DNA of 64,000 nt from Takakia lepidozioides. Lineage: Eukaryota > Plantae > Bryophyta. Positions 24,335 through 37,621 of the stretch are shown one piece after another. Positions within the stretch are counted from its first letter, which is position 1, and each line of letters opens with the position of its first letter. The stretch covers positions 43,834,001-43,898,000 of the forward strand of contig CM060732.1 in NCBI GenBank assembly GCA_030704615.1, read 5' to 3'. A program made the translations under genes and the position numbers. Under the pieces are notes generated by a model that was not told the DNA's origin, ran no database searches, and saw only the letters and a program-made list of their open reading frames with translations.

Positions 24335-26349
24335 GGGGCCTTAAAAGTTTGAGAGCGGGGAGGCAGGCTGGCTGGGGGAAGAGAGGGCAGTTGATAGAAA
24401 CAAGTTCACTTTTTAATGCTGTGGCAAGTGCCAGAGTTATAAGGGCTGATAGGCACAATTGGGAGGGAGTTGGCTTCATGAAATTTTCTTTGTTCCTGAT
24501 CGTATATGTGGTTTGTGCTGGAAGTTACCACTTAATCTTCATTATGTGCATTTGCAGCTGCTTAGAAAAGTCTCACAGACAGCATATCTGTAATTTGATT
24601 GATTGAAATGTTATATGGAAAGGGACGAAAGGAGGCAATGTTCTTGATGAATATAGTAGTAAGTCAGAGCTTGAGCATACAGTTGTAAATGTTCTAGCTT
24701 TTTCTTGGGGATAAAACCTTTGGGCTTGACTAAAAGAAATCAATGGATATTTGTGGTTCAATTCGTGTTTGAAGTTTGTAGATCTGGATATTGATTTATG
24801 GGAATGGTTTTTCTGTTGATTTTCCATGTGTATCAGATGGGAGTCTGAAGTATGACACAGATCTGCCATCGGCAAAAGGGTCTGGGCTTCATAGCTAGGG
24901 CTCAGTGTGTAGGTTGGTCACTGTCATCAAGATCTTCAAGAGCATCCCTCCCCAGAAGTATTTATTATTGCTCTCTTGGTCAAGTTGAATCTTTTGGGAA
25001 GGGATTTATGTTTCACCGTCATGCTATGGCCCATTTCAACTGCAAAACAGGCAGCAAATGAATGCCTTTGGCTGTCTCTATTGGAGAAGACGAAGGGGCA
25101 AGGAATTGTGTAGTGATGTAGCTGTGCCTCTCTGTAATTGTGTCTCACTGTATATCCCTTTTTCAAGGTTAACTTTGATTGGATGCGGATTCTTTCTGTT
25201 TGGTTGTTAGAAGGGTGCAGTACATTAGTTCACTCGTGCCATGTATTCAGAGGCAAGGGTTGTATTTAACTTAATTGCTGAATGAATTCACACTTGAATT
25301 GTTTGGCTTTACAGAGGTTTGTTCCTGTGTGTCAACTGGCAGAGCACTTCCAGTCTCTTTCCAAGCCACTTTCCTGCGCCTCTGCTTTATACATGATTGG
25401 GTTGTAAATCTCAGAATGCGAAAGTACAGATTCTTCATTTTGTTTCCCAGGAATGCATAGAGTAATTAACATGTAAGAAACAGAGTTGTCTTCACGTCAA
25501 AAATTCACTTGTGGTCATCTAGGAGTTGGCCCATGCCCCTGTCCCTCTTCCATTCGCTCCTTCAGGATCAATTACGAAGGAGTCTGCTTTGTATTCGTGG
25601 AATGAGATATGGTAGGTACATCCCACCCTCAAGTATCGCTCTTACGGGAGTAAAAGCAGCAAAAGGTAGTTGGAAATTTGGAAAATAACAGGAGTGACAG
25701 TTGACTACCGAGTTTTGAAGGAAATAGCCCTATTTTCTGTCCATCCACTGCTGGATAGAATAATCCTCTTATGTAATTTCATCCATGTATATCATCCATA
25801 GTTGACAACTTCATCCCTTATTTCTATTTTATTTAGAGAAGTTCGGCGATTTCATCCCAGAGAAAACAGGGAATTTACGAAAGAATATTCGATTTTATTT
25901 TTTGAGGTCGAAATATTGCGACAATTCGAAATAAAAACACTGGTTGGAGCTCTGGTGTTTTGCGGAGTTTTCTTTTCTGTCCCTCCCAAAAAAGAAAAAG
26001 TTGGAAGATTTTCAGCCACAGTGATAGTCATCCGGAATTCATCCATCCAACCGAAGAGAATCGCTTATCCGGCAGCCTCGTCTTGTCCGACTCTCGCTTG
26101 CAGCGCAGGACCGCGGAGAAGAGCTCCACCATGGCTGCAGATTCAAGCGTGCCTTGCTGACCAGGTTGCTTACATGGCTGTGTAGTTCTCAATCTCAATG
26201 ATCGCTTATATGATATGTGTAATTCTGGGATTTGAAGGTGAGCAGAATTTTTCGGTTACATTGTTGGCTTTCTTCTCATCAGTCGAGGAGAAGGGGAAAA
26301 GGTGGATGCTGTAGCACGTAGTGGTGGTTAGGGTTGTCTGGCATCGACC

Positions 26350-29300
26350 ATGTTGCCCTCCCAATGTCTGTTGGGGCAGGCAACTGGTCCCCAGCCTGCA
26401 TTTCCGCTGTACTCGGGCCTCTCGCGGAACAGGTTTTGTTCTCCGAGGCCGGCGGCGGGGCTATCCACAAGTCTGGCATACCCTCGCCGAGTGAGGCAGC
26501 AGAAGAAGCATGCATGTAGGGCGCTTGAGGGACAGCTTCCAAACACCTCATCAAAGTCTTCGCAGAAAATAGGCATTTTCGGCACCCAGCAGGAGCTTTC
26601 AGGGCCTCAGAAGTTCTTGGAAGGCCTACCGGCATCAGCGAGGTATGCCACAAGTGCGGTGATTGTTGTGGGAGCACTGGCAGCTGGGTATGCACTTGGT
26701 GCCCGCGCCCGCGGGACCACGGTAGCTGCTGTGGGCGGAGCCGTTGCTTTGGGTGCAGTAGGGGGAGCCTCTGCATTTGCGTTGAATGCAGCAGCACCAC
26801 ATGTAGCTGCCATACAGCTGCGGAACACACTTGTCAATCACACTGACCCAGCCAACTTGCAACCAGATGAAATCGATGCCATTGCCAACAAGTGTGTCTT
26901 TGGCTCACCATTCTGCTTTAAGTTTGTCATAGCCATGCAGAAGGAATGTATATAGCTTCTGTTTTTCTTTTTTAATTTGATGTGTGTAGTTCCTTATAGA
27001 AAAGGAAGTTTGCTCATAAATTGCTTGAACGTCAAATTGATATACCGTCTGTTCTACCCCATGTTGATGGGATCTCATTTTCTTCTGCAAATGAGAGCCC
27101 ATAAAGATATGAATTGGTAGGGTTTTTCCAGGGGTTAAGTTAGCTTGTCCTATTCTAACCATCAAGTGATGTTGTAGTATAAAGTTAGCAGCGTCTTATC
27201 CATGGTGGGAATCTCAGAATCTCTAAGCCAGATGTGGGTGTGACGCCTGACTTGATTGCCTGAGGGGCACTCAGCACAATAGTATAAGCATGAAGAAGTG
27301 GTCAAGTGTGTGATTTTTGTCATTAGAGGAGGATTGGGATTTAGGGCAGCTCGTCTAGGAAGAGGATGGATGGCTATCTATCAGCAAGCTATGCACTAGT
27401 GGGTAGACAGGTTCCAAATGATTGAAGCATGCTGTGGCCGGTTTTGCGAACGTAATAAACCTGAGAATGTATTGATTTGCATTCAAAATATCAGAATTGA
27501 ATGAAGATGTTGATATTATGGGGTCCTCTCAACTTTTCAGGAGCGTTTCTCAACACTGAACTGAGAGATGTAGGCATACTAGATCTCCAACAAGCTTTTC
27601 ATGAATTGCTTATCTAGAGATTTGGGGTCTGATTGATACTAGACGTTCTGGGATGATATTCATGGAGAGTATGTGGGCGTAGGTATGGTGTAAGCAGACA
27701 GAATGAGCGCTTCAATGCAGAGCTGCGGGACCTATATAACCGGTGGGTACTTCATGAAGAGTTCCACCAGCAACTTTTATGTTAGTTTCTCTTGTCCATG
27801 CTGCAGCAGATGCCAGTGTTTGATTGGCATTTTTTGGTGAATGGGTGTACATCTGATGGTGAAATAGTGTATGATGTGGCATATCCCATAGCTATCTCTG
27901 TCTGTTCAAAGATTAGTTTCTGCAGTTACAATCCTATGTCATATTCATCCGCCTAATTTCCCTGGTAGCCACACATTGTGGTATCGGATGGCAGTTACGT
28001 GACAGGAATTCTGCCACCAGGCAATGAAGATCTGAAAGGAGATGAGGCAGATTCCATTACCTCTTTTAAAAATGCATTGGGTTTGGATGACCCTGATGCT
28101 GCCAGCGTGCACATGGAGGTGAGCAGTTTATCTGAAGACCTACCATATTTGACTCCCACTGCATTTGAAGTCCCCATTAGGAACTCCCACAGTCTATCTT
28201 CTGGTAAGCAACTGCTTGGCAGGGTCCCGGTCCCATTTCCATTCGTAAATCTACAACTGACCCAGACACTGGGAGATTAGTGAGAAGTACTGTCAAGTGG
28301 AGGGAGCATGGCATCGTACACGTGGAGAATCAATCTCAGAGCAAGGCGCCTCTTTGTGGTGCTGCAGATTGGTAGGCGCATATCCAGGCAACGATTGGAG
28401 ACTGGTGACAAAGAGGGTGCGGTTGAAGAGCGCAGGGTATGCATCATCTCCATCTATTGCATTTTGTTGGGGTTCAGGACTGGTAGGGGTGTTTCCACAG
28501 GTGTATGGGATAAGAGATTCTGGACAAGTGTTACCCTAAGGAATGTTCTGGACTTTATTCGGAATTTGTAGACCATTAAGAACAACCCAATTGAGCTTTA
28601 TGCTGCCATGCTTCCTTGCCAAGAAACACAGCTTCTAAACCACTGCTGTCTAACAATTATATTTCCTGAGCTAGATAGAGCTCATATTTACCATAAATAC
28701 CCACCACTGTAGCCTGGCACTACCACACCATATGGAACTCCCCGACAGGTGACGATAGTTGAGTGTGTTCGAAATCGCCAGTGAAATTGTCAATGGAGAG
28801 ACCTTCTATGGATGCCTAGAGCTTGGGAGCTTCTGATAACTACTCGTTTTCATAGTTGCAGTTCTAGATGTTGACTATGGGTTAACATGCTGCCATGCTT
28901 GCAGACATTTCAAAAATTGGTGTATGTGTCCACACTGGTTTTTGGAGAGGCTTCCAAGTTTCTTCTTCCATGGAAGCGTGTCTTCAAGGTGACTGATTCA
29001 CAGGTAAGGGTCTTCTCTATGTTGGTAACTTCAGAGTAGCATGCCAGCAGTTCACAGGGTTTGAGAAAGAACAGGAGGGCGATTCATGACATCATGCACA
29101 GGGTGTTACTTGCATTGGGAGGGAATCTTCTATTTAAGTAAGGAACAGCTGGTTCTGTGGTTCTTGTTTTTCTGAAGACTAAGATTTTGATGTGTCCTGA
29201 GTGCAGGTGGATGTGGCCATCCGTGACAATGCTCAGCGCCTCTTTACTTCTCATTTGGGTACCCTTGGTACTGGTAAGCTGTTAGGACATCCTCACAATG

Positions 29301-32300
29301 CAAGAGAGTTTTGTGAGGTAACGTTTTACTTTCCTTGAATGAGGCTAGCATTGCTGAAGTGATTCTGTGCACTAGCACAGATTGTGTGAGACATGCCATG
29401 AACTCATCCAACGCAGCTTTGCCAGTACACATGTGTTTTAGTTGCTGACATAAGCGCTGATGAGGTAGTGAATTATGTTGTGTCTCACATGCATGTATGG
29501 ATGCAGATGTGGATGTGGAGCAGATCAAGGACTTGAGAGTGACTCAGCTCAAAATTAAGCTCTCTGATGAGGTTACTCTCACTTAAGTGCTTCTGCTTTT
29601 ATTTTTGTTTGCTGAACTGGCAATAATAATAGTTTTGTAGGTGAGTGAGTTCTTATTGTTGTCAGGGGTGCAAGCAATGATTTCAATTGAGGGGATGAGA
29701 AGCACTGTCCCTTGTGTCGAACTAAGTTAGTAGGTTGCTTTGCAGTGCTCAACCTGTATGGCTCGACGGGTGTATACAGGTTGCTGCTGAGATGTTTAGG
29801 AGCTACACACAGAAGCAGATTGAGGTGTACATCAATCGCGCATTAGAGGTGCTGAAGTCTCGGGCAAGGATCAAGTACGTTGAGTCCAATGAACCACATC
29901 CAATGGCCCTGCAATGTTTTGCATAGTTTTTGGTATTGTAGGACTGAAGGAAATCTCAAAGCGATGTGTGCATGCAAGCAGGGATACAGGGAAGATGGTG
30001 AGAGAGCTGGACAATGTGCTAGCCTACAATGCAAAATTGGCTGCCGTGGCAACTCAAGCAGATGCTTCATCCCTTCTCCCGGGCATTGGCCCTGTGTCTG
30101 TTCTGGGTATGGCCACAATGTCTTCTATGTATGGACTTCTGTCTTTCAAGATGCTGCAGTAGTTTGCACGAAGGATGCTACATGCATGTTGTTTGCTTTG
30201 CATGTATTCTCTTATAGCACCCGTAGAAACTCCAAAAGCCCTCTTTCTCTAACAATGTTAGCTCAATTTTTTTCTTTTTCCTCTTCATTCAGCCTATCAT
30301 TAGGGAGTGAGCTAATATCATCTTGGATATAAAGTTGTCAAGGGTTACAAACAACGACCGCGCTGTGTTAGGTCTATTGGCAAGTTTATGTTTTTGTTAC
30401 AAAGTGGCTTGGAAGAGTCAGCAGACCCCTATGTCATCATGTTCTTGACATTGGCATCACTGAAAGCACATGTAGACACTATTGTGTGTTGTTATTGAGA
30501 CTGCTTCTGTAGAAGCAGGGGCTCTAACAAGCGTACAGTGCCTTGTCCTGGTGGATAATCAGGGGGTCAGTATGAGACAGACCGTCAGATGGATGATCTG
30601 AAGCAGCTCTACCGTGTGTACTTGACTGAAGCTTTTGCCGACGGTCGATTGCAGGACAGCAAGGTATGGACTGTTGCACTCTAGTCATTGGCGTTGTAAA
30701 GTGGCAAACTGGCAGAAACTTAGTCGGAAGGTTTGTGTGATGGTATGTCCATGACTTTTGAGCGAAGTATTACATGTCATCTACATCCACTTTTGGGAGC
30801 TGATGAAGCTTGTCTCTGCCACACATGATGAAGTTGATGGTCTGAGACTGTCATTGACAGCATAATGTTAGAAGTTGCACTGTTGAGTTTCTAACTCGGA
30901 AACATCCATTTGGGTTAACTTGTTAATGTCTGTATGGATTGTTACTCTGTACTTGCATAGATGACCGTCATTGTAAAGTCTCCATCCTGCACTTATTTCT
31001 TGCTATTTCACTGGTTAGTCTCCTTACAGCATTCTGGGGTGGATGAGGGCAGGTTGCAGAACTGACGCAGTTGAAGAATACATTTGGATTGGGCAAGCGT
31101 GAAGCAGAAGCTGTACTGCAGGAGGTCACGGTGAAGGTGTACCGGCGCAGGCTCTCACAAGCCGTGCAAGGGGGTGACCTTGAGGCTGCCCCCAGCAAGG
31201 CAGCTTTCTTGGAGGATCTATGTGACACTCTCCAATTTGATCCTGCCAAGGCCAGCCAAGTTCATGAAGGTAAGTTTCAGACAGTGTAATTTAATTTGAT
31301 GTGAATTTATTTGATAGTAGAGGATGCAGTTTTGTGGGTCATCTTTGCTTGCGTTGTTGCATTGTTTCCTCAAATCCTATCCCGGAAGCATTGAAGATCG
31401 TCCTTGTCCTGGATCAATTTTTTGGTATTCTTGTTTGGGATGTGGGGAGATGGATAGGAATAGAGTGTAAAATGCATTTTGGACAAACAGCTATAGAATG
31501 TCACTACCAGCTGAAGATGACAATAGAGGACAGTTTCCTATATGGCCGGTAGACTTGGTTCTTTGATCTATACGTGGTTGATGGGTCCTGAAGATGTGTG
31601 CTTGTCCCAGCCTCAATCAGAATGTGAGTATTAACAGTGAAGTAAATTTCTGCGGCGCGTGCAGAAATTTACAGACAAAAGTTAGAGCAGTGTGTGGCGG
31701 ACGAGATCTTGGATGATGCGGATGTGGCAGCTCTGTTGCGACTGCGTGTGCTCTTGTGTATTCCACAGGACACTGTGGATGCTGCGCACGCTGACATTTG
31801 CGGCCGCCTATTTACCAAGGTCTCTCTCTCTCTCTCTCTCTCTGTGTGTCTCTCTGTCACACACATCCTTGGGCCCTTCAGGCCTAGCACACGTTATAAA
31901 GCATCACTTATGTGAGATGGTCACCATCACGCCACTCTGCAACTTCTTTTCTCTGTCTCTTTGTCTCTCTCAATGGCCTCTTTATATGGAGGTAAGTCTT
32001 ACTACCAACGTCAGCCCCTGACAGAGGTAGGTTCTGTCCCTTTTGTTCCCGCTCAAACTGGGCGCGGGGTCAATGGCCACAAGGCTACGGCAAACAACGT
32101 CTTATGAGTACAATCTCTCTCGATGGCCACAAGGCTACAGCAAGCGTCGTCTTATGAGTACATTCTCTCTCTCTCTCTCTTGAACATGGTCCCTGCACCT
32201 CTGTTCACCAACTTTGAAAATCTCGAGGCTGAGCCTAAAGTCCTGGCCCTGCTGGGGCCTAGCAGTCCCTCACACAGGTAGTGTCTATTCCCTATGTTTC

Positions 32301-34943
32301 CTTCCAAACTGGGCGCAGGATCTAGGGTCACAAGGCTATGACAAACAATGTCGTATTAGTACATTCTCTCTCTCAGTCCCTCGGCACTAGACTGAAATTT
32401 AAGCTCAGGCCGGGAAGCCTACCTTTTAACAGCAAACAGAAGCAGAGAGGAAAGGGGATTGCAAATGCCTGTTGTGTGGGCAACCTGAAGACAATATTCA
32501 CTTTCTGATTCATTGTCCTGGGTACTCTCACCAGAGAGACGTCCTCTTCAAATCCATTAAGGGAATTGTTCCTGTACCTCTGTTTACCAACTTTGAAAGT
32601 CTCGACGCTGAGCCAAAACCCCAGGCTCTTTTGGGGCCTAGTTATTGGGCAAACCACACACAGCAGATTGATGCTTGTGTAAAGGGATTTCTAGAGGATA
32701 TCTTGGAAACTCGGATCAATTGTCTGTTCCAAGGTAAGTCATACTACCGGTGTCAACCCCTGACAAAGGTAGTTTCTGTCCCTTTGTGTTCCGCTCAAAC
32801 TTAGGGCGGGGTCAATGGCCACAAGGCTACGGCAAACGTCGTATGAGTACATTCTCTCTCTCTCAGTCCATCAATTTTGTATATACTCATGGGTGTTTAG
32901 TGTTCTTCTTTCTTTCATTTTTCTGTGGCTAACCTGCTTTTGACATTCAACTACGTTAAGTTTCGTATCTGTAATTTGTCGGAAACTGCTGGGCAAAGAA
33001 ACCTCATTTCAATTAGAAGATCATTTTAAATGGCATGGCAGATAGTGGACGAGGCAATAAGCGCAGGGGTGGATGGCTATGATGCTGACATGAAGGCAGC
33101 GGTCCAAAAGGGAGTGACAGGCTTGCGTCTCACGCAAGAGGCTGCCATGGCCATTGCCAGCAAGGCGGTCTGTGCTCTCATTCCATCTTGTATTCTCACG
33201 ATGATTGCTACGTTGCTATTTTCATTGACTGTTAGCCTGCTGTCCACCTTACTGCTTCCATCATGAGAAAATTGTGCAACATTGCTTTGAACATGTTGGA
33301 TATTGTTTCAGGGTAATTTATGAGGTGGGTATTATTGGAAAGAGTAAACTATGCTTTGAGATGAAGTCTCACATGTCCAATATTGGCGGGCTTCTGGTCA
33401 AGCAGGTGCGGGCTGTCTTTCTGACGTATGTAAAGAGGTCAAAGACTGCCGGCAGTCGAGTGGAGTCAGCAAGGGAGCTGAAGAAGATGGTTATTTTCAG
33501 TAACTTGGTGGTCTCAGATCTTGTCTCCGATATCAGAGGTGATTCCCCAGTTGAGGTTTCTGAAGAAACTGAAGAGAAAACAGAAACAGAGAAAACAGAG
33601 GCCGAAATTAATGAGGAGGAGGAGTGGGAGAGCCTGCAAACACTGAGAAAGACAAAGCCTGGAGCGGACATTGAACTAAGAATGGAGAAAAAGTCACAGA
33701 GCGAGATAACCCTGAGTGGAGAGTTGGAGCTCAGGGATAAGACTGATCTATACCGTACGTTCTTAATTTACTGCTTGTCAGGGGAGACAACAGGCATGCC
33801 TATGGGCACCCAGATTGTTACACAACGTGACAACACTGAGTTTGTGCGCCTCGGTCAGCTGGGCGCTATCTTGGGTCTTAACCCAAAGGAAGTGGCCGAT
33901 GTCCACAAGGGCCTAGCTGAGCAAGCATTTCGACAGGAGGCACAAGTCATATTAGCTGATGGGCAGCTATCAAAAGGGCGCATGGAGCAGTTGACAGAGC
34001 TCCAGAAGCAGTTGGGCTTGCCATCAGAGGCAGCACAAAAAGTAATACGCAGCATCACTACTACCAAGATGTCGGGGGCCATTGAAGCAGCAATCAACCA
34101 AGGCCGACTCAGTGTAGATGAAGTTAAGGAGCTGCGGGGGGCTGGCGTGGATGTAGATGGCATGATTCCCAAGGAGGTTCGCCAAAAACTGTTCAAGAAA
34201 GTTGTGGATGGGGTATTCTCCTCTGGATCTGGGGATTTCAATGAAGAGGATCTTTATTCCAAGATACCATCAGAGCTGGGAATTAGTGCCGATGTTGCGA
34301 GGAAAACAGTGCAGGATCTGGCTACAGAGCGGCTCTCCAACTCCCTGGTGCAGGCAGTGTCCCTGCTACGTCAAAAGAATCCAGACGGTGTGGTGAGTAT
34401 CTTTGCCACTTACAGGATTTTAAGGCAGCAGGCAAACGGACAGACCGATTGAGTCCAAGAGAAATAGAGGGTCGGAAAGACAAGTATTGCATCAGCTTAA
34501 GTATTTATGGAGATGCTCACTTTCCAAGTTAGCTAACATTTTACCAGAAGTTAGCTACTATTTTCTCTGGCTGGAGCACATGTGACTTTTCTCTTATCTA
34601 TTCCTTTGTGGGTATAACTAAGATCTCGCATTTTAAAAGACATTTTGGTATGTGGCCCACCAAGACATGAATAACAGAGGTGGGTGGAATGGTGCAGGTT
34701 TTGTCACTCAACAATTTGTTGGCATGCGATAAGGCAGTGCCATCACCACCACTGTCATGGGCAGTACGTGAGGAACTCATTGACTTATTTTGCATCTATC
34801 TGAAGAACTCTCCACCTGAAGAGAAAGCTGCTCGCCTGCAGGAGCTTCTGGTAATTGATGATTCCACAGCTTCAGGATTAAAGGAGATGGTGACCTCAGG
34901 AGGATTCTCATTGGGGTTGGAGGAGGAGGAGTTTACCTTCTAA
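26350..34943 (+). CDS. TIC110: Chloroplast inner envelope translocon TIC110, 15 exons: 26350-26891, 27683-27742, 27995-28118, 28368-28436, 28905-29003, 29207-29273, 29507-29571, 29780-29875, 29982-30106, 30563-30663, 31053-31269, 31665-31819, 33042-33167, 33406-34392, 34698-34943
   Basis: Two N-terminal hydrophobic helices; LPPGNEDLKGDE, FKNALGLDDPDAA, FLLPWKRVFKVTDSQ, FGLGKREAE, LAEQAFRQEAQVILADGQL, SLNNLLACDKAVP, C-terminal EEEEFTF; GT-AG phases are consistent. Confidence 0.95.
31983..32864 (+). mobile_element. Four stacked 3'-end fragments of an RTEX-like LINE inside TIC110 intron 12, each ending in (TC)n
   Basis: The end ...ccacaaggctacggcaaac..gtc(t)tatgagtaca-tctctc recurs at ~32112, 32162, 32363 and 32851; the longest copy encodes RLKFKLR.GSLP..CLLCGQPEDNIHFLIHCPGY. 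Confidence 0.8.
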
Positions 34944-35469
34944 AATTTCAGGGGAAGGAAGCAACTTTCTGATTGTTAGTCAGGCTATTAATTGGTACAT
35001 TTACTAGCCGTGAATTTCTGTGAAGAGAACATGTCAATGAGAGCTGAGTAGCTATAGGTTTTTGTCCACTGCGTACAGCACATGTTATCAATTGAGTGGC
35101 GCATATGTTGGCCTTCAATGAGTTTGTCACTGGCAGAGGCGGGAATCTTCTTTAGGTAAGAGCAGAGGAAGCAGAGCAGGTCTGCAGTTTGAGCTTCTGG
35201 ACCTTCTGCTTTGAGTAACACGGTTGTAATTGACACAATGAAGATGCTGGAATCAGCCTCATTGGGTCTAGTTCACATTGTCAACAGCAGCCATATTTTC
35301 GTATTTTGTACGAGCAAATCATGGTGCAGGAGTTCTGAGAGAAGGGGGGGATCAAGAGATGAAACGAATGTCAAAAATCTTGGGCCAACTTGGTTGTGGC
35401 TGCAGCTATTATTGGGGGGCAGAGTTGGGCAGCAGCTACCCTTTGAGGTTTACAACATTGCATTGAGGA

Positions 35470-35793
35470 TTAGCAAGAGTGAGTGTTATATAGCATTTTG
35501 TTTGTGGCAGCATCCTGGCTTCCATTTAAGCAGGGATTCTCTCTGCATCCCGTGTTATCTCCTAATTGACATGAAATTTGGAGGCATCAAACAAGGGCCC
35601 CCATAAGCAGAGCAGCTGGTTTGATGGGTGGTTTGTCCATGGAGTCATCTGCCTCATCCAGGTGCTTTCCATGGCCTGCACTATGTGCCACAGGAGTGAG
35701 GTGATACCTTGACATGAAATCAAAGTAGTGACTGCCTTCTTCATGAACTAGGCCCCACGTGTGGACAGAGAAGGTGAGAACGACCACCCTCAA
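35470..35793 (-). pseudogene. PLS-class PPR L2/S2/E-region remnant
   Basis: GLVHEEGSHYFDFMSRYHLTP..HLDEADDSMDKPPIKPAALL.GAL resembles the GLVEEG..YF..M..P..LDEA..MP..P..WGALL consensus; disrupted. Confidence 0.55.
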
Positions 35794-37621
35794 GTGTTTC
35801 TGTTATTGGGCTCCTCACAGGGATATGTTGCTTTCATGGAACAGTTTTGATTGCTTCTTTTTTCCGGCTCTAGTAGTCGAAATATTCCATATGTTTGGGA
35901 TTGTTTATTCCTCGGCAATGATTTGTATCCTGGGCTCCCGTAATTCCGACTCACACTTTCTCTGGAAGGACAGCCTTCCCCCGCAATGGGAAATCCCCTC
36001 ATGAAGGGGAAGAAGGAGACTACAACTGGCGACACCGGAGGGCAAAAGACTCCGAGTTAAAAACTCAGCTCAGATTCTAGTAGTTATTAGTGCTTAGCAT
36101 TCATATTGGGCCCTCACTAATTCCTATCTGTCTTCTGAGCTCATCTGCTGCCTGCCTTGCCTCTCTGTTGTTTAGTTTCTTGCTGCTCTGGACTTCTGCT
36201 CCTGGCTCTTTGAGCTGGTTTTCCTTCGCTGTCTTTGGGCGCTGTTTTGCGCACTGTCTCCTTGTGGGTAGGTTCCCCACTGCGAGCATTCACAGCCTTC
36301 ACAGTGGTTATCTTTCTACCTTTAAGAAAAGAAAAAGAACAAAAAACATGCTATTAATTCAAAGACAATTGATGTACATGTCTACATCTTGATTTTCGAC
36401 ATCTCATATATTGTTTTTGTGTCCCCAGATGCTTTGTGGGGGGGGGGGGGTTGAAGGGGAAAACGTATTGAAGGAGGCGTAAATTATTGTATCTCTCGAC
36501 CCCCAAGGCTTACTGCCTTTTGGGACATTTCCGAGGTGGTATGTGTCGATTACCACTGGGCTACAACTTGGCTGTCTGCTTTCCGATGATTGTTTGCAGT
36601 CAGAGCTCAGGAAGGATTTCCAAAGTTATGGGAACTATGGACACTAAACTCAGTTATCAGTTGGAGAGAAACAGTTCTTCAGATAAATGCCCTGCTAACT
36701 TTAAAAAAGGTACCTAGGAAATGGAACAAGGAATTGAAATCTGAAGTAAGTTTTAAGCCACACCTAAAGGGTAAACTTTCCTTCTTTACAAGGAAGGGAA
36801 TGGTTCTATCAAGGAGTGGAAGAGAAGGCTTGGGCCAGAGCCTTGGCCATCTACAAAAAAGTAGGGGCATTGATGGCTTCAGAAGGGGGAGATACTGTCT
36901 CTTCAGCCTTCAAGAAAAAGGGTGGTTGTAAAGAAGCATGAACAGCAGCAGAACTGATCCAAAAGTTTTCTCATCTTCCTACCCAAGAAAGCTTGAAAAG
37001 CAGTAAAAAATAGATTGTTGTCCTGTTGAATTCTAGCAAAAGAGCTCTAACTGTGATTAAATTTTAGTGTCAAGATGGACATGATGCCACCTTCTTTCAT
37101 TCTGATGAGATGATGGATGTGGGTAGAGGAAAATGTTTGATTTCCAAGACGGGTAAAAGCACTTTCATAAACTCACAACAGGGATGTTGGCAGAGCCACA
37201 AGCTGGTCACCAAGACTTTGCACCAACTAACCATCTTTGCATCACCAGTACGATTACACAACAAAAATGTGCACTATCTACAGGATGCAATTCTTGGAAC
37301 TGTCCAACTAACATGGTTTATATGCACACAATTTAACAACTTAAAAGCCTGGCAAGGCAGAAACTATTTTTTGTGTGCAGGGGGAGAATCATCTGTGCAG
37401 GTTACCTGCTCTACAAAATCTGAATACCGCCGCAAGTACTTTCTGACGAAGCACTTACAATTGCAAAATTTCCAAGCTTTTCACATTACTCAAATGAATA
37501 GCTATGTTGTTAATATAGACTGCCTATTGTCAAGGGGGAATGATGCTTCGGCATCACCTTCCCATTACAGAGACAAGGCGAACAGAGAGAAAATGTCTTG
37601 AGTGGGTGCAAGCAGATGAAT

